A stretch of DNA of 64,000 bases from Octopus sinensis (GCF_006345805.1 NC_043018.1:24428001-24492000); one strand, 5' to 3'. Counted from the first letter of the stretch, positions 50,495 through 63,752 are shown. Translations and numbers: made by a program. The notes: generated from the letters alone by a model not told the origin.

Positions 50495-50643
50495 GAGGAA
50501 AAACAAAAAACATATATAAAAAAGGAGTTGGAAAAAAAACACAAACCAAAATAATCTCTCCGTCCCCTTCTCCTCCCTCAGATTGCTAATTTATTGATTA
50601 TTTTCTGCCACTCGGAATCAGGAAACAAATTGCTAGAACACAA

Positions 50644-50657
50644 ATCACCATGGTAAC
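50644..50657. promoter_or_regulatory. Candidate RFX X-box (ATCACCATGGTAAC)
   Basis: 12/14 match to GTTACCATGGTAAC, with a perfect CCATGGTAAC; lies in a non-repetitive island upstream of the stomatin gene. Confidence 0.3.
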
Positions 50658-52100
50658 GCAGAACGAGATGAGAAATATATCGGTTGTGAAGAACACGATG
50701 GTGAAAATACACATCTTGGGATGGTTGAGTGCTAGTGGTGGTGGTGGGTCACTGAACGGGGGGGTTGGTTAGGGGTTGGTGATGGTGGTGGTGGTGGTTA
50801 TGTGGGTGGGGAGTTTGTGGGTGTGTTAATGAGGTGGGGAGAAATTCAGTTAAAAATATCCAAGACTAAATAAAACAAATGTGTGTGTGTGTATAACTAT
50901 ATACACACACACATGCATATATATGAACGTTTTTATATATGTGTATACACAGACACATGCATGAATGTGTTGTTTATATGTTATACATAACATTAATACA
51001 GTTTATATACACACACAAACATTATTTGTAACAATCATAGAATATACCTGTGTGTGTGTGTGTGTGTGTTAATAACATAAGACATACACAAACATTATAT
51101 TGTGTAACATTTTTATATTACATAATAGATAAATTTTTGCATTATGAAGGAACACGGTCTAGTGGTTATGATGTTTACTTCATGGTGATAAGGTCACGAT
51201 TTCAATTCTTTGTCAGAGCAGTGTTTTGTAACCATGAACAAGACACTTCATTTCATATTATTCCTGTCTGTTCAGCTGTAAAAATGTACCAACAAAGGGG
51301 TGTTGTAGCTTCTTCTCTCTGTCCCCCACACCAGTGATTACATCCCAGTTGTGCTGCAGTATCAAAACATGAGGGTATCAAAAGGGTATCTGTATCTCTT
51401 CTCTTTTCTCTTTTACTTGTTTCAGTCATTTGACTGCGGCCATGCTGGAGCACCATGTATGACTACACTGGCACCTACAACATTTAGGGAGAGCATGGTA
51501 CACGTTAGAAAGCCTAAGTCATGGTTGGCTGCTCTGCACTTGTCTTTTACATCCTTTTTACTAAGCCTTAGTTGCTCCCTTACAACTGACTTGTAAACTG
51601 GGCAGCAAAATATCTCTCATAGTTCCAAATTTTTGGTTTTGAGTAGGGTCACCAGCATCTTCCCAGGTGATGGTAAGTTACTTCAGAGCTTCTTTAAAAG
51701 AGGAATACCATGTCTTCTTGGGCCTCTCTCTATCTCCTTTTGTCCCTTTAGTGGTACCCATTGTATAGCTGTCCTGGGCATTCATCATTCTGGCAGATGG
51801 AAAACAAGACCTGCAAGTCTTGCTCTTCCTTCCACCACCAATCTCTTTCAGGCTGCACAGGTTGGTTCTTCTCAGGTTTTCAGAGTTTGTGATTCTGTCT
51901 CAGTAAGTGACATTAGGTATTCTTGTGTAGTCCACTCTGTAAAGTGGTTGGCATTAGGAAAGGCATCCAGCCATAAAAACCACGCCGAAACAGACAGCGG
52001 AGATTGCTGCATTCCTCTGGCTTGCCAGCTCTTGTCAACCTATCCTACACATGTCAGGATGGAAGACAGGTGTTGAACGATGATGATGATATAAGGTTGT

Positions 52101-52420
52101 GTGTGAAGGCACATGGCTTAGTGGTTAGAGTATTCAGCTCATGATTGTAAGGTCATGAGTTCAATTGGCTCTGTGTTGTGTCCTTGAGCAAGAAACTTTA
52201 TTTTCACGTTGCTCCAGTCCACTCAGCTGGTAAAAATGAGTTGTACCTGTATTTCAAAGAGCTAGCCTTGTCACATTGTGTCATGCTGAATCTCCCCGAG
52301 AACTACGTTAAGGGTACACATGTTTGTGGAGTGCTCAGCCACTGCACATTAATTTCATGAGCAGACTGTTCCATTGATCGAATAAACCGGAACACTTGCC
52401 ATTGTTACAGACGGATTGCT
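52101..52420 (+). mobile_element. Full-length tRNA-derived SINE (second family)
   Basis: A-box TGGCTTAGTGGTTAG, B-box GAGTTCAATT, tgtccttgagcaag core. Copies at ~1985-2165, 19195-19470, 30895-31200, 31965-32270. Confidence 0.88.
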
Positions 52421-52424
52421 TTAA

Positions 52425-52643
52425 CCCTTTAGTGTTCAGATTATTCTATCAAACATAATGCCTATTGATTCCCATTAATTTGAATTAATCATGCATTATT
52501 TCATATCTTCAAGATCTTGATGGTGTAATTAATTCATGTAGAATTACATTGTAGGGTAGGTGTGAGAGCCTGGATCTGGTCAGTTTGAACATAAAACAGA
52601 TTAACTATTTTGGCCGGATATGGCCGGTTTAAATACTAAAGGG
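52425..52643. mobile_element. piggyBac-type MITE
   Basis: TTAA TSD at 52421-52424 and 52644-52647; TIRs ccctttagtgtt / aatactaaaggg. Partial copies at ~1748, 10866, 28060, 28800-29113, 52880, 53712-54270. Confidence 0.9.
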
Positions 52644-54702
52644 TTAATATTGGTGGAATGCATCCAACCTCTGAGTAATCTTGGAATCATTTCCCAAGTT
52701 TCTCTTCTTTGGACTGTTTTTGGCAAGACAATACTCTGGTAGAGCAGAATCTTCACATGGTTGCTAATCAATAAGTTATTCCAGACGCTGTTCATCACTC
52801 TCAGCACTGCCACTGCATGCCCAAGTCTGGAGTCAACATCTACCTGAGTACTCCACTCTGTAGTATTCTTTTATGGGGTCATTAACTCTTTAGGTTTTAA
52901 ACTGGCCATATACAGCCCAAATAGTCTACCTTGTTTTAAGCTCAAACCAGCCAGATTTGACCTCTCACACATACTCTCCAAGGTCATTCTAAAAATAAAC
53001 ATTCATGTAATCAAGTTCTTGAAGCTAAGAGATAATACCTGATTAATTCAAAACAATGTGAATGAATAAATATTACATTTGTTGGAGTAATCTGAATGCT
53101 GAGAGGTTACAATAAAATATGGGGGTGGAGGGTAGCTGGACAGTGATAATGGTATCTGAGATACGACAGACAACACACTCTCCCCCTCTCCCAAATACGA
53201 TCTAGTGTCTATATTAGAAACTATTGTTGGTACCTTTCTATCATTGTCAACCAGTTTTTTTTTGTTTTTTTACTTATCAAAGGATTTATAGATAAGCTGT
53301 TATATCTCCGAGACAGGTATAATAGTTGGTTGTGGGCTTTCAGAATAGCTATCACCCCATGGAGAAGAGTACTTGTAAGAATTTACTGGAAGAGGAAAAT
53401 GTTAGGAATTAAATGTTTTGGACAAAAAAAGAACAAAAAAAAACACTAATGTACATGATTATTCAGCCTCTTGAAAATAGCAACCAGATCTTTGAATCTC
53501 ACCCAACCATGTTTAAAATACATATTAAATAACACTAATCTTTGCAGAAGGGAAACAATTTTCATGGGAGGGTGCAAGTTGACTACATTGACCCCAAGGA
53601 TGAAAGGCAAAGTAAGTAGGATTTGAACTCAGAATTTAAAGATTTGGAAGAAATGCTGCTCAGTGTTTAATCAAACATTAACGATTCTACCTGCTCACTG
53701 TCTTGAACTCGTTAACCCATTAACATTCAGATTACTGTCAAATGCAACGCTAATTCATTCTCATTGTTTTGAATTAATCATGCTTTATCTCTTGGCTTCG
53801 AGATTTCAATGATGTGGCTGTCTATTATTAGAATGACATTGTAAGGTAGGTGTGAGAGGCTGGATCTGGCTGGTTTGAACACAAAACAGGTAGAATATCT
53901 GGATTAGATATGGCTAATTTAACAATTTAGCATTCAGATTACTCTGTCAAATGTAATACTTGTTTATTCACATTGTTTTCAATTAATCCTGCATTATCTC
54001 ATAGCTTTGAGATTTTGATGCAGTAACCATTTTTAGAATGATAATGAAGAATAGATGCAAAAGGCCCAAACTGGCAAGTTTCAGCATAAAAAAAAGGAGA
54101 ATATCTGGGTTAGTTGTATCTCATAGCTTCAAGATTTTGGCAATGCGATTGTTTGGTTTTAGAATGCTATTGAAGGGTAGGTGTGAAAGGCCAGATCTAA
54201 CCAGTTTGAGCATAAAAACAGGTGGAATATCTAGATTATATATGACCAGCTGAAATGTTAAACAATGTTGTTCTAGATATAATAAATCTGAATTAAAAGC
54301 AAAAATAAAAAGTGGGACTGTCACAGCTGGAATGTCTAACTTGGAGACCAACTCAAAGTGGAACATGGAATTAAACAATACCAACAATCAGCACACACGT
54401 ACACATACACACACTCTTTGTCTCTCTCTCTTTCTCACACAGATTTGCATAAACTACATGTATATGTACACACTATGAAGCATGCTTCTGAAATGTTATC
54501 AACAAATAGGTTAAAACTAAAGAATTTAGACTAAATAAAACCACTACCGCCAATAACTTTGCCTCCTCTACCATCATCATTATCTACATATGCCAATGGG
54601 GAAGCCTCTGCCTGCCTATCTATTTATCTATCTATCTATCATATAAAGTATGGGGGGTTAGTTCACAGGTGATCTAGCCGATTAGGTACACTAGGTAGTG
54701 CT

Positions 54703-54790
54703 GTAATGAATTACTAGGACTCCAAGGTTATAGCCTAGATGGTAGTTATGGAGCCATTGCAGATATTATATATCTATTATACATACATAC

Positions 54791-54823
<33 letters not shown>

Positions 54824-55168
54824 TATATCATCATCATCGTTTAACATCCGTTTTCCGCGCTAGCACGGGTTGGACGGTTCGACTGGGCTCTGGGAAGCCA
54901 GGAGGCTGCACCAGGCTCCAGTCTGATCTGGCAGTGTTTCTACAGCTGGATGCCCTTCCTAATGCCAACCACTCTGCAAGTGTAGTGGGTGCTTTTTACG
55001 TGCCACCGGCACAGGTGCCAGGGAGTCTGGCAGCGGCCACGATCGGTTGGTGCTTTTAACGTGCCACCGGTACGGAAGCCAGTCAAGGCAGCACTGGCAT
55101 ATATATATCTGCAATGGCTCCATAACTACCATCTCGGCTATAACCTTGGAGCCCTAGAAATTTATTAC
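54703..55168. mobile_element. Palindromic MITE (~63-bp arms) with a SINE in its centre
   Basis: 54703-54765 is ~90% identical to the reverse complement of 55106-55168. Confidence 0.85.
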
Positions 55169-55659
55169 TATATATAGAGAGGGAGGGGGGAGAGAGTGAA
55201 GAGTAAATGTAAGGATAAGCAAGTTGATACACAAAGTCCATTTCTTTGTCTATGGACTCCTTTGATTACCGTTTCATTTTGGTGGACCCCATAGCCATTC
55301 TGCAGCATATTGAAACCAGGAATGGCTTCAGCATGCTGCAGCATTGGCCACTAACAGACATGCAAGTACCACCTTGACCCATGATGCGGTGAATTCAATA
55401 GGAGCTGGCTTAACCCCTTCTGGGTGAATGCTATTGCAAGACTAGAAGAAGAAAGATATTTGTTGCTTAAAAACTAGTTTTCTAGATGCTTCTATCAAAA
55501 TTCCTATTTTGTTTTTCACTCATTCACTTGTTTAGGTGGTTTGCAATGGAACTCTGTGAGGGAACAAATTTACAGTTGCCAGAAACCTGTTGAACTTTGT
55601 TAAATGTTAGAGAAAAAAAACTAGTCATTTCTTGTAATAAATACATCTAAAGCAAAATA

Positions 55660-56012
55660 TTTTTCATGGACCCTTTCTCTGGATCCCTAATTTACAAATC
55701 TGAAATTTTTTTTTCATAAGACCTTACTCTAGATCCCTAATTTATAAATCTGATTTTTAAAATTTTTTTATGGGACCTTACTCTAGATCCCTAATTCATA
55801 CAACTTCGCAAATTTTTTTTTCATGGATCCTTTCTCTGGATCCCTAATTTATAAATCAGAAAATTTTATTTTCATGGGACCTTACTCTAGATCCCTAATT
55901 TATACAATTTTGCAATTTTTTTTTTCATAGACCCTTTCTCTGAATCCCTAATTTACAGTATTTCTTGCATGGACCCCACAGAATCTTATATGAACCCTAA
56001 TTGAGAACCATT
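55660..56012. repeat. Six ~50-54-bp tandem units ending in a hAT-like terminus
   Basis: gatccctaatt at 55682, 55732, 55786, 55839, 55890, 55942; ends ttgagaaccattg. Confidence 0.8.
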
Positions 56013-57704
56013 GTTCTACCTACATGGTAGCCTGACCAGATAGAAATAGCAGCCAAATTTACCACAAATCACACCCACCCAATACATACTCACTAGATAA
56101 TATAATCATAAATATTGCCTCGAGTTCTCAGACTCATGGGGCCATTTACCTGGTTTCTATGACTAAGTGACCGAAATCACAACACCGCCCCTGGATGGGA
56201 AGCCAGTCTGTCTCAAGGTTACTCTTTTGCAGCTGAATGGACTGGAGCAATGTGAAGTGAAGTGTCTTGTTTAAGAACACAATGCATCAGCCAGTGGAAA
56301 CCATAGTCTTACAATTGTGAGCACCACACCTCACCACTAGGCCAAGTGCCTTCATTACTGTGGCCATTTGTATCCCTAAAAAGTGAGGATGGTCATAGCT
56401 GGAATGCTTTTGATCATAAATATCATGGGTCTAAATATCATCATGTTGGTCAAAGAGATTAAGTAAACAGTGTCAAAGTGTTTCACCTTTTTGTTAATCT
56501 ACGCTACCCCCCCCCCCCCACACACACACATCGTTAAGTCCGAAATTAAACAGCCCCCTCTCCTTCCACCATCACTATTTCAGAGCCTGTCCAGAACTAA
56601 TCCAGCGGCCTCCACCTCTCTCTCCCTCCCATAACTATTTTCTGATAGCCAATCCGAGGTTAATCCATTACACCTCTCTCTCTATCATCTTCCGTCCAAA
56701 GCTAATCTACACACCCTACCCCTTTCTCTCTTTCACACACACACACTATCTCCTCTCTCGTGCACTTCATCCCATCCACACCATATTACAACCAGTCCAG
56801 AGTTAATCTATCAACACCTAATCCTGTATATCTCGTATTGTCTGCAGTTAATAGACTAAAAGATCTACCGCCACCACAACCACAACCACCACCACTGCCA
56901 TAAACACAGCAACCACCACCACCACCACCACCACAACCAGTGTCTCCACCATCCTACCATCACCATCATAGACACTGCCACGACTACAACAGCCATAAAC
57001 GCCATCACCACCACCACCACTGTCACTACTACCACGGCTATCACATTAGTGTCAAACGAGATTTAATCCGTTATAACATCACCATCCTCACCAGTCACCC
57101 AACTGTGGCACATCATATCTCTCTCTCTCTCACATACACGCGCACACACACACATGCATGTATGCATGCGCGAACATGCAAGCACTACCACACATACTTA
57201 CACAAGCAAATGAAAGCCATTGTGCAGTTGCATACACGACTGGAAATAACAACTAAACCACACAGGAATTATACTCTTATCTTAGGAAAAAAGAAAGAGC
57301 ACATTGGGTAATATATTCCTAGGTGCACAGTCTCCAGACCCCCCCCCCCCCAAAAAAAATGTTGGCATGGTTAGAATGTCATTGATGACAGAGCTGCTTG
57401 ACCAAAGCTGACTCAGGACCACAGACACACAAATGATTTAGAGAGCCACTACTATGAAAGATAGGAGTAAATTGGACAGGTGTGGACACACACACACAGT
57501 TATGCTTTTTAGTAGCATTTGTGTACCAACACCTGATCAAAAGATATAATGCGTGGTGGTGTGGTAACAAGCTTGCTTCCCAATGACATGGTTCCAGATT
57601 CAGTCCCACTGCAGAGCACCTTGTGTAAATGTCTTCTACTATAGCCTTGGGCTGACCAAAGCCTTGTGAGTGGATCTGGTGGACGGAAACTGAAAGAAAC
57701 CCAT

Positions 57705-57785
<81 letters not shown>

Positions 57786-58729
57786 CTTTGTGCTTGTGTT
57801 TGTCCCCGCCATCATTGATGGGCAACTGGTGTTGGTGTGTTTACATCCCTGTATCTTAGTGGTTTGGCAAAGAGCCCAATAGAATAAGTATTAGGCTTAA
57901 GAAAAAAAGAAAGCAAGTCCTGGGTTTGAATGGTTCGACAAAAACACTTCAAGGTGGTGCTCCAGCATGGCCACAGTCAAATGACTGAAACAAGTAACAG
58001 AATAAAAGAGAACGCAAGCCGATATTTGTAAAATGCATCCATCATACAGGAGTATAGACACTACCCAGGGTAATAGAGATGAATAGTGTAGGGTGTACAG
58101 AAGTACCCAGGGTGGATGAAAAGTCTGGGATTAACAAGGATTGCTTATAATTAGTGATTGTGGAGGTTGTGGTAATGTAGCAATAGCTGTGGTGGTGATG
58201 GTGGTAGTTGTTGTTGTGGTGGTGGTGTTGGCGGTAGTTGTGGTGGTAGTTGTGTCAGTGGCAGTGGTGGGGTAGATGCGGTGGGATTTGAACTCAGAGT
58301 GTAAAGAGCTGGAACAATTACTACAAAGCAATTTAATTAAATGCTCTACTGACTGTTAATTATTCCTTCTTCTACCATAACGACTACCACCACAACAAGC
58401 ACCAACACAGTATCAATGACTAACTTTACTACTTCAACAAAAACTACCATCACCTCAACCATCACCACAGACTACTACTACCACTACAACAAAATATAAA
58501 AGTACAAAAAATTTCTTTTTGCTAAATATGATTATTAGTAAAAAGAAAAAAAGAAAACCTTTCAACAGGTTCAATTTCAAGTGAAGGTAGAGAGTTTATG
58601 AGATTAGAGGGAGAGTAACAAGAATAACATCAGAAACATTGATAAAAAAAAATAACAATAATAATAAAAATTATTTCTGATAATCTATTTTGAGAATGTC
58701 TATGTATGTGCCTGTTTAAAATACATTAT

Positions 58730-58941
58730 TGGATATAATAATAATAATAATAATGATGATAATAATAATAATAATAATAATGATGATAACAATGATAATA
58801 ATAATAATGATGATAATAATGATAATAATAATAATGATGATAATAATGATAATAATAATAATGATGATAATAATGATAATAATAATAATGATGATAATAA
58901 TAATAATAATAATGATGATAATAATAATAATAATAATGATG

Positions 58942-58972
<31 letters not shown>

Positions 58973-59021
58973 TAATAATAATAATAATGATGATAATAAT
59001 AATAATGATAATGATGATAAT
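58730..59021. repeat. (AAT)n/(GAT) microsatellite
   Basis: Direct reading. Confidence 0.97.
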
Positions 59022-59331
59022 AAAGGTGGGTGAATATTGGATGAATGGCCAATGTGAAAGGACCGCTTCTGAGCATGCACCTATAAAAAAAAAAAGAAGG
59101 GGTCTTGTGCTGTTGGTCAGGCACCCGTGGCTTTTGTGGGTTTTCCACAAAGACCTTAAAGCGTCTCCCCTATTGGGAGTTTTTAATTTGTTTCACTTTT
59201 TTTGTTATTACATTGTATACATGTGAAAACCCATTGTATCATCCTGTTTTTGTCTTATATATTGTTTTAATGTTTTGTATGTGAATCCTTGTGGCCAATA
59301 AAAGAATTTATTATTATTATTATTATTATTA
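59022..59331 (+). mobile_element. Short 3' fragment of a Tx1-like (L1-clade) LINE
   Basis: RWVNIG*MANVKGPLLSMHL* is homologous to the ORF end of 59561-60135; shared 3' UTR, AATAAA at 59297, (ATT)n tail. Confidence 0.65.
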
Positions 59332-59560
59332 TAAGGCAGTAAGCTGGCAGAATTGTTAGCATGCCAGACAAAATGCTTAGCAGTATTTCTTCCATCGTTA
59401 TGTCCAGAGTTCAAATTCTGCTGAGGTCGAATTTGCCTTTCATCCTTTCAGGGTTGATAAATTAAGTACCAGTGAAATACTGGGGTCCATGCAATCAACT
59501 AGTCTCCTCCCCACAAATTTCAAGCCTTGTGGTTTCAGTAGAAAGATTTATTAATAATAA

Positions 59561-60088
59561 GACGGATCCGGCTGTCTGCTGAATCCATAGTGAAGATTGC
59601 TCGGACAGCCTCCTTTAACCGAAAGGGAAAGGCAATTTTCATTTGTCTGGTGGCTGTAGCGAAAGAGGTGGTATGGTGGACCCTTTTTAAAGGGCAAAAA
59701 TCAGACACTTTCCTCTATGGCCAAGGCCTCATCAGCTTTTTCAAGTTCCACTTTAAAAGGAAGGTGAGAGTAGAGAGAAAAATGTTGACTTCTAGCAAAT
59801 TTGTTGAAAGGTGGGTGAATGCCAGAAAAATGGCCAGTATGGATGGACCAATTCTGAGATTACACATGTAAAAAAAAGGGTATAAAAGGAGAAAGGGCTA
59901 TCGTCCTGTTGACCAGGCACCATGGCTTTTATGGGTTTTTTTCATGAGTAATCTTCAAAGCGCATCCCCCTATTGGAATTTATATTGTTATTTTTATTAT
60001 CAAATGTTTACACCAACCTTTTATTTGCAAAACTCTTTGTTTATCATCTTGTGTTGAGTTATATTAGCCCTTGTGGCCAATAAAAAGA

Positions 60089-60135
<47 letters not shown>
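59561..60135 (+). mobile_element. 5'-truncated Tx1-like (L1-clade) LINE: ORF2 C-terminus, 3' UTR and (ATT)n tail
   Basis: ORF 59590-59871 FICLVAVAKEVVWW...FFKFHFKRKVRVER...FVERW resembles Tx1 ORF2 ends (assignment from memory); AATAAA at 60079. Confidence 0.62.
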
Positions 60136-60136
<1 letters not shown>

Positions 60137-60996
60137 AGGCAGTAATGGCAGAATTATTAGCATGTGGGATGAAATGCTTAGTGGTTTCTCGTCTGTCTTG
60201 ACGTTCTGAGTTCAAATTCCACCGAGGTCGACTTTGCCTTTCATCATTTCAGGGTTGATAAATAAGTACCAGTGAAATGCTGGGGTTGATGTAATTGACT
60301 ATCCCCCTCCCCCAAATTTCACACCTTGTGCCTTTAGTAGAAAGGGCTATTATTATTATTATTACTATGGTTTTGAAGTTTGGCACAGAGCCAGCGGTTT
60401 TTGATGAGGGTGGGCGGTTGAATACATCGACCCCAGTACGTAACTGGTATTTATTGCATCAATCGTAAAAGGGGGAAAGGCAAAGCCGACCTCCATAAAA
60501 TTTGAACTCAGAATGCAAAGCTGGAAGCAACATCAGAGTATTTGGTCCGTTGCACTAGGAGTTCTGCCAGCTTGCTGCCTTAATAATCTTTTCAACTATA
60601 AGTACAAAGCATGAAATTTTTGGAGAGGGGTTAGTCAATTACATTGACCCCTGTGTTCAACTGGTACTTATTTAACAACCCTAAAAGGACAAAAGGTAAA
60701 GTTGACCTCGGAACGTAAAGACATGAAATGCCATTAAGTATTTTACCTGGCGTGCTAATGATTCTGCCAGCTCACCACCTTAAGAATAATAATCATTTCC
60801 ACTAAAAGCACAAGGCCAGAAATTTTGGGGGAGGGAGCTGGTCGATTATATTGACCCCCAGTGCATAACTCGTACTTATTTCATTGATCCTGAAAGGATG
60901 AAAGGTAAAGTTGACCTCAGCAGAATTTGAACTCAAAACATGAAAAACAGACAAAATGCCGCTAAGCATTTTGCCTGGTGTGCTAACAATTCTGCC

Positions 60997-61035
<39 letters not shown>

Positions 61036-62883
61036 GTTTCAGATTTAGGCACAAGGGCAGCTTTGCGGGGAGGGGATGAGTCGATTACATTGGCCCCAGA
61101 ATTCAATTGGTTCTTAATTTATTGATCCTGAAAAGATGAAAGGTAAAGTCGACCTCAGCGGAATTTGAACTCAGAATGTAGTGAGATACTGCTATTCATT
61201 TTGTCCAACATGCTAATGATTCTGCCAGCTTGCTTTAATGATAATAATAATAATGATAATTCTTTATACTATAGGCACAAGGCCTGAAATTTTTGGGGAG
61301 GAGGATAGCCAAATAACTCTGATCCCTGTACTCAACTGGTACTTATTTTGTCTCCGAAAGGATGAAAAGCAAAGCTGACCTAGGCAGGATTTGAACTCAG
61401 AACATAATGACCTGGAAGAAAAACTGCAAAATGTTTTTGACTAATGCTTTAATGATTCTGCTCATCAATAATAATAATAATAATATGGTTTCAGATTTAG
61501 GCACAAGGGCAGCTTTGCGGGGAGGGGATGAGTCGATTACATTGGCCCCAGAATTCAATTGGTTCTTAATTTATTGATCCTGAAAAGATGAAAGGTAAAG
61601 TCGACCTCAGCGGAATTTGAACTCAGAATGTAGTGAGATACTGCTATTCATTTTGTCCACATGCTAATGATTCTGCCAGCTTGCTTTAATGATAATAATA
61701 ATAATGGTTTCAGATTTAGGCACAAGGGCAGCTTTGCGGGGAGGGGATGAGTCGATTACATTGGCCCCAGAATTCAATTGGTTCTTAATTTATTGATCCT
61801 GAAAAGATGAAAGGTAAAGTCGACCTCAGCGGAATTTGAACTCAGAATGTAGTGAGATACTGCTATTCATTTTGTCCAACATGCTAATGATTCTGCCAGC
61901 TTGCTTTAATGATAATAATAATAATGATAATTCTTTATACTATAGGCACAAGGCCTGAAATTTTTGGGGAGGAGGATAGCCAAATAACTCTGATCCCTGT
62001 ACTCAACTGGTACTTATTTTATCAGTCCCTCTACCAACAAAAGGATGAAAGGCAAAGTCGACCCCAGCAGCATTTGAACTCGGAATGCAAAGTTGGAAGA
62101 AATGCCACTAAGCAATTTTTCCAGTGCGAACAGTTCTGCCAATTCTCCGCCTTAGTATAACAACAACAACAATAATAATAATATTGGTTTCAAATTTTGG
62201 CACAAGGCCAGCAACTTTTGGGGGAGTGGGTCAGTTGATTTCATCACCCCCCAGTACTCAACTGGTACTTATTTTGTCTCCGAAAGGATGAAAAGCAAAG
62301 CTGACCTAGGCAGGATTTGAACTCAGAATGTAGTGAGATACTGCTATTCATTTTGTCCACATGCTAATGATTCTGCCAGCTTGCTTTAATGATAATAATA
62401 ATAATGATAATTCTTTATACTATAGGCACAAGGCCTGAAATTTTTGGGGAGGAGGATAGCCAAATAACTCTGATCCCTGTACTCAACTGGTACTTATTTT
62501 GTCTCCGAAAGGATGAAAAGCAAAGCTGACCTAGGCAGGATTTGAACTCAGAACATAATGACCTGGAAGAAAAACTGCAAAATGTTTTTGACTAATGCTT
62601 TAATGATTCTGCTCATCAATAATAATAATAATAATAATATAATAATAATAATAATAATAATATAATAATAATAATATAATAATAATAATAATATAATAAT
62701 AATAATAATATAATAATAATAATAATAATATAATAATAATAATATAATAATAATAATAATATTGGTTTCAAATTTTGGCACAAGGCCAGCAACTTTTGGG
62801 GGAGTGGGTCAGTTGATTTCATCACCCCCCAGTACTCAACTGGTACTTATTTTGTCTCCGAAAGGATGAAAAGCAAAGCTGAC
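60136..62883. mobile_element. Dense SINE array with internal tandem re-amplification
   Basis: Block X at 61034, 61486, 61705; block Y at 61260, 61931, 62411; block Z at 62183, 62761. Confidence 0.9.
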
Positions 62884-63684
62884 GAAGGTTGTGTGTGTGT
62901 GCATGTGTGTCACAATTGCATTTCGGTGATTTGTCATTCTCTCTCTCTATCTCTCCCTTTTTCTGATGTCTTGTCATTTTAGTCTCGTTTCAAGACATCC
63001 AACGACATTGTTGAGTCACACATTAAGTGGTTCGACCACTTAATCACTTGTCACAGGCCCTCCTCTAAGCTGCTACCATCACCATCACTTCCTCCCTCCT
63101 TCCCCACGCCCACACACCACCAGCAGCACTTTTGTTGTTGCCAGTGCCAAACTTAAAGAAATGGCTTTTCATAAAACTTGCATTGTTCCAAATGTAGTAT
63201 AAAATTTGCCACAAAATCAATGTTGTTTGTTTGTCTTTCTCTCTCTTGTCTTTCTTGCTCTTCTGCTTCTTTTATTTGTCCAAAGTTCATAGCTGGCTCA
63301 GTACAATAGGACAACAACAGAGCCACCATGGGGATTCAGTTCATTCATTCAATATCACACTCCCACCCTATTACATCAGTAAAGTGCAATGTTCTGGATG
63401 AATGGATGGATGGATAGATAGAAAGATAAACAGACAGACAGATAAGAATGTTGTTGACAGTGCCTTTGAAGTTTTTACCAATTAAGCAATGATGATGGCT
63501 TAACTGGCCAAAACTTCAAAGTTACTGTCAACAACATCCTTGTATAAGAATGATAAATTTGTACTCTACAAAAGTATAGAGTGACCCATCGGATTAATGT
63601 AAAATTTTTTTTATTATAACATAAAAACAAGCATTAAGACACATACACACACACATATATACATACACACACACACACATACAT

Positions 63685-63719
<35 letters not shown>

Positions 63720-63720
63720 G

Positions 63721-63752
<32 letters not shown>

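Larger units (their letters stand above)
51540..52860 (-). mobile_element. RTE LINE relic split by nested younger insertions
   Basis: 52660-52813 LLISNHVKILLYQSIVLP...ETW and 51640-51870 RERPKKTWYSSFKE..TWEDA are consecutive RTE C-terminal parts on the same strand. Confidence 0.6.

Noticed and set aside
56940-57311. His-rich ORF
   Set aside because: (CAC/CAT)n and (CA)n low-complexity sequence.
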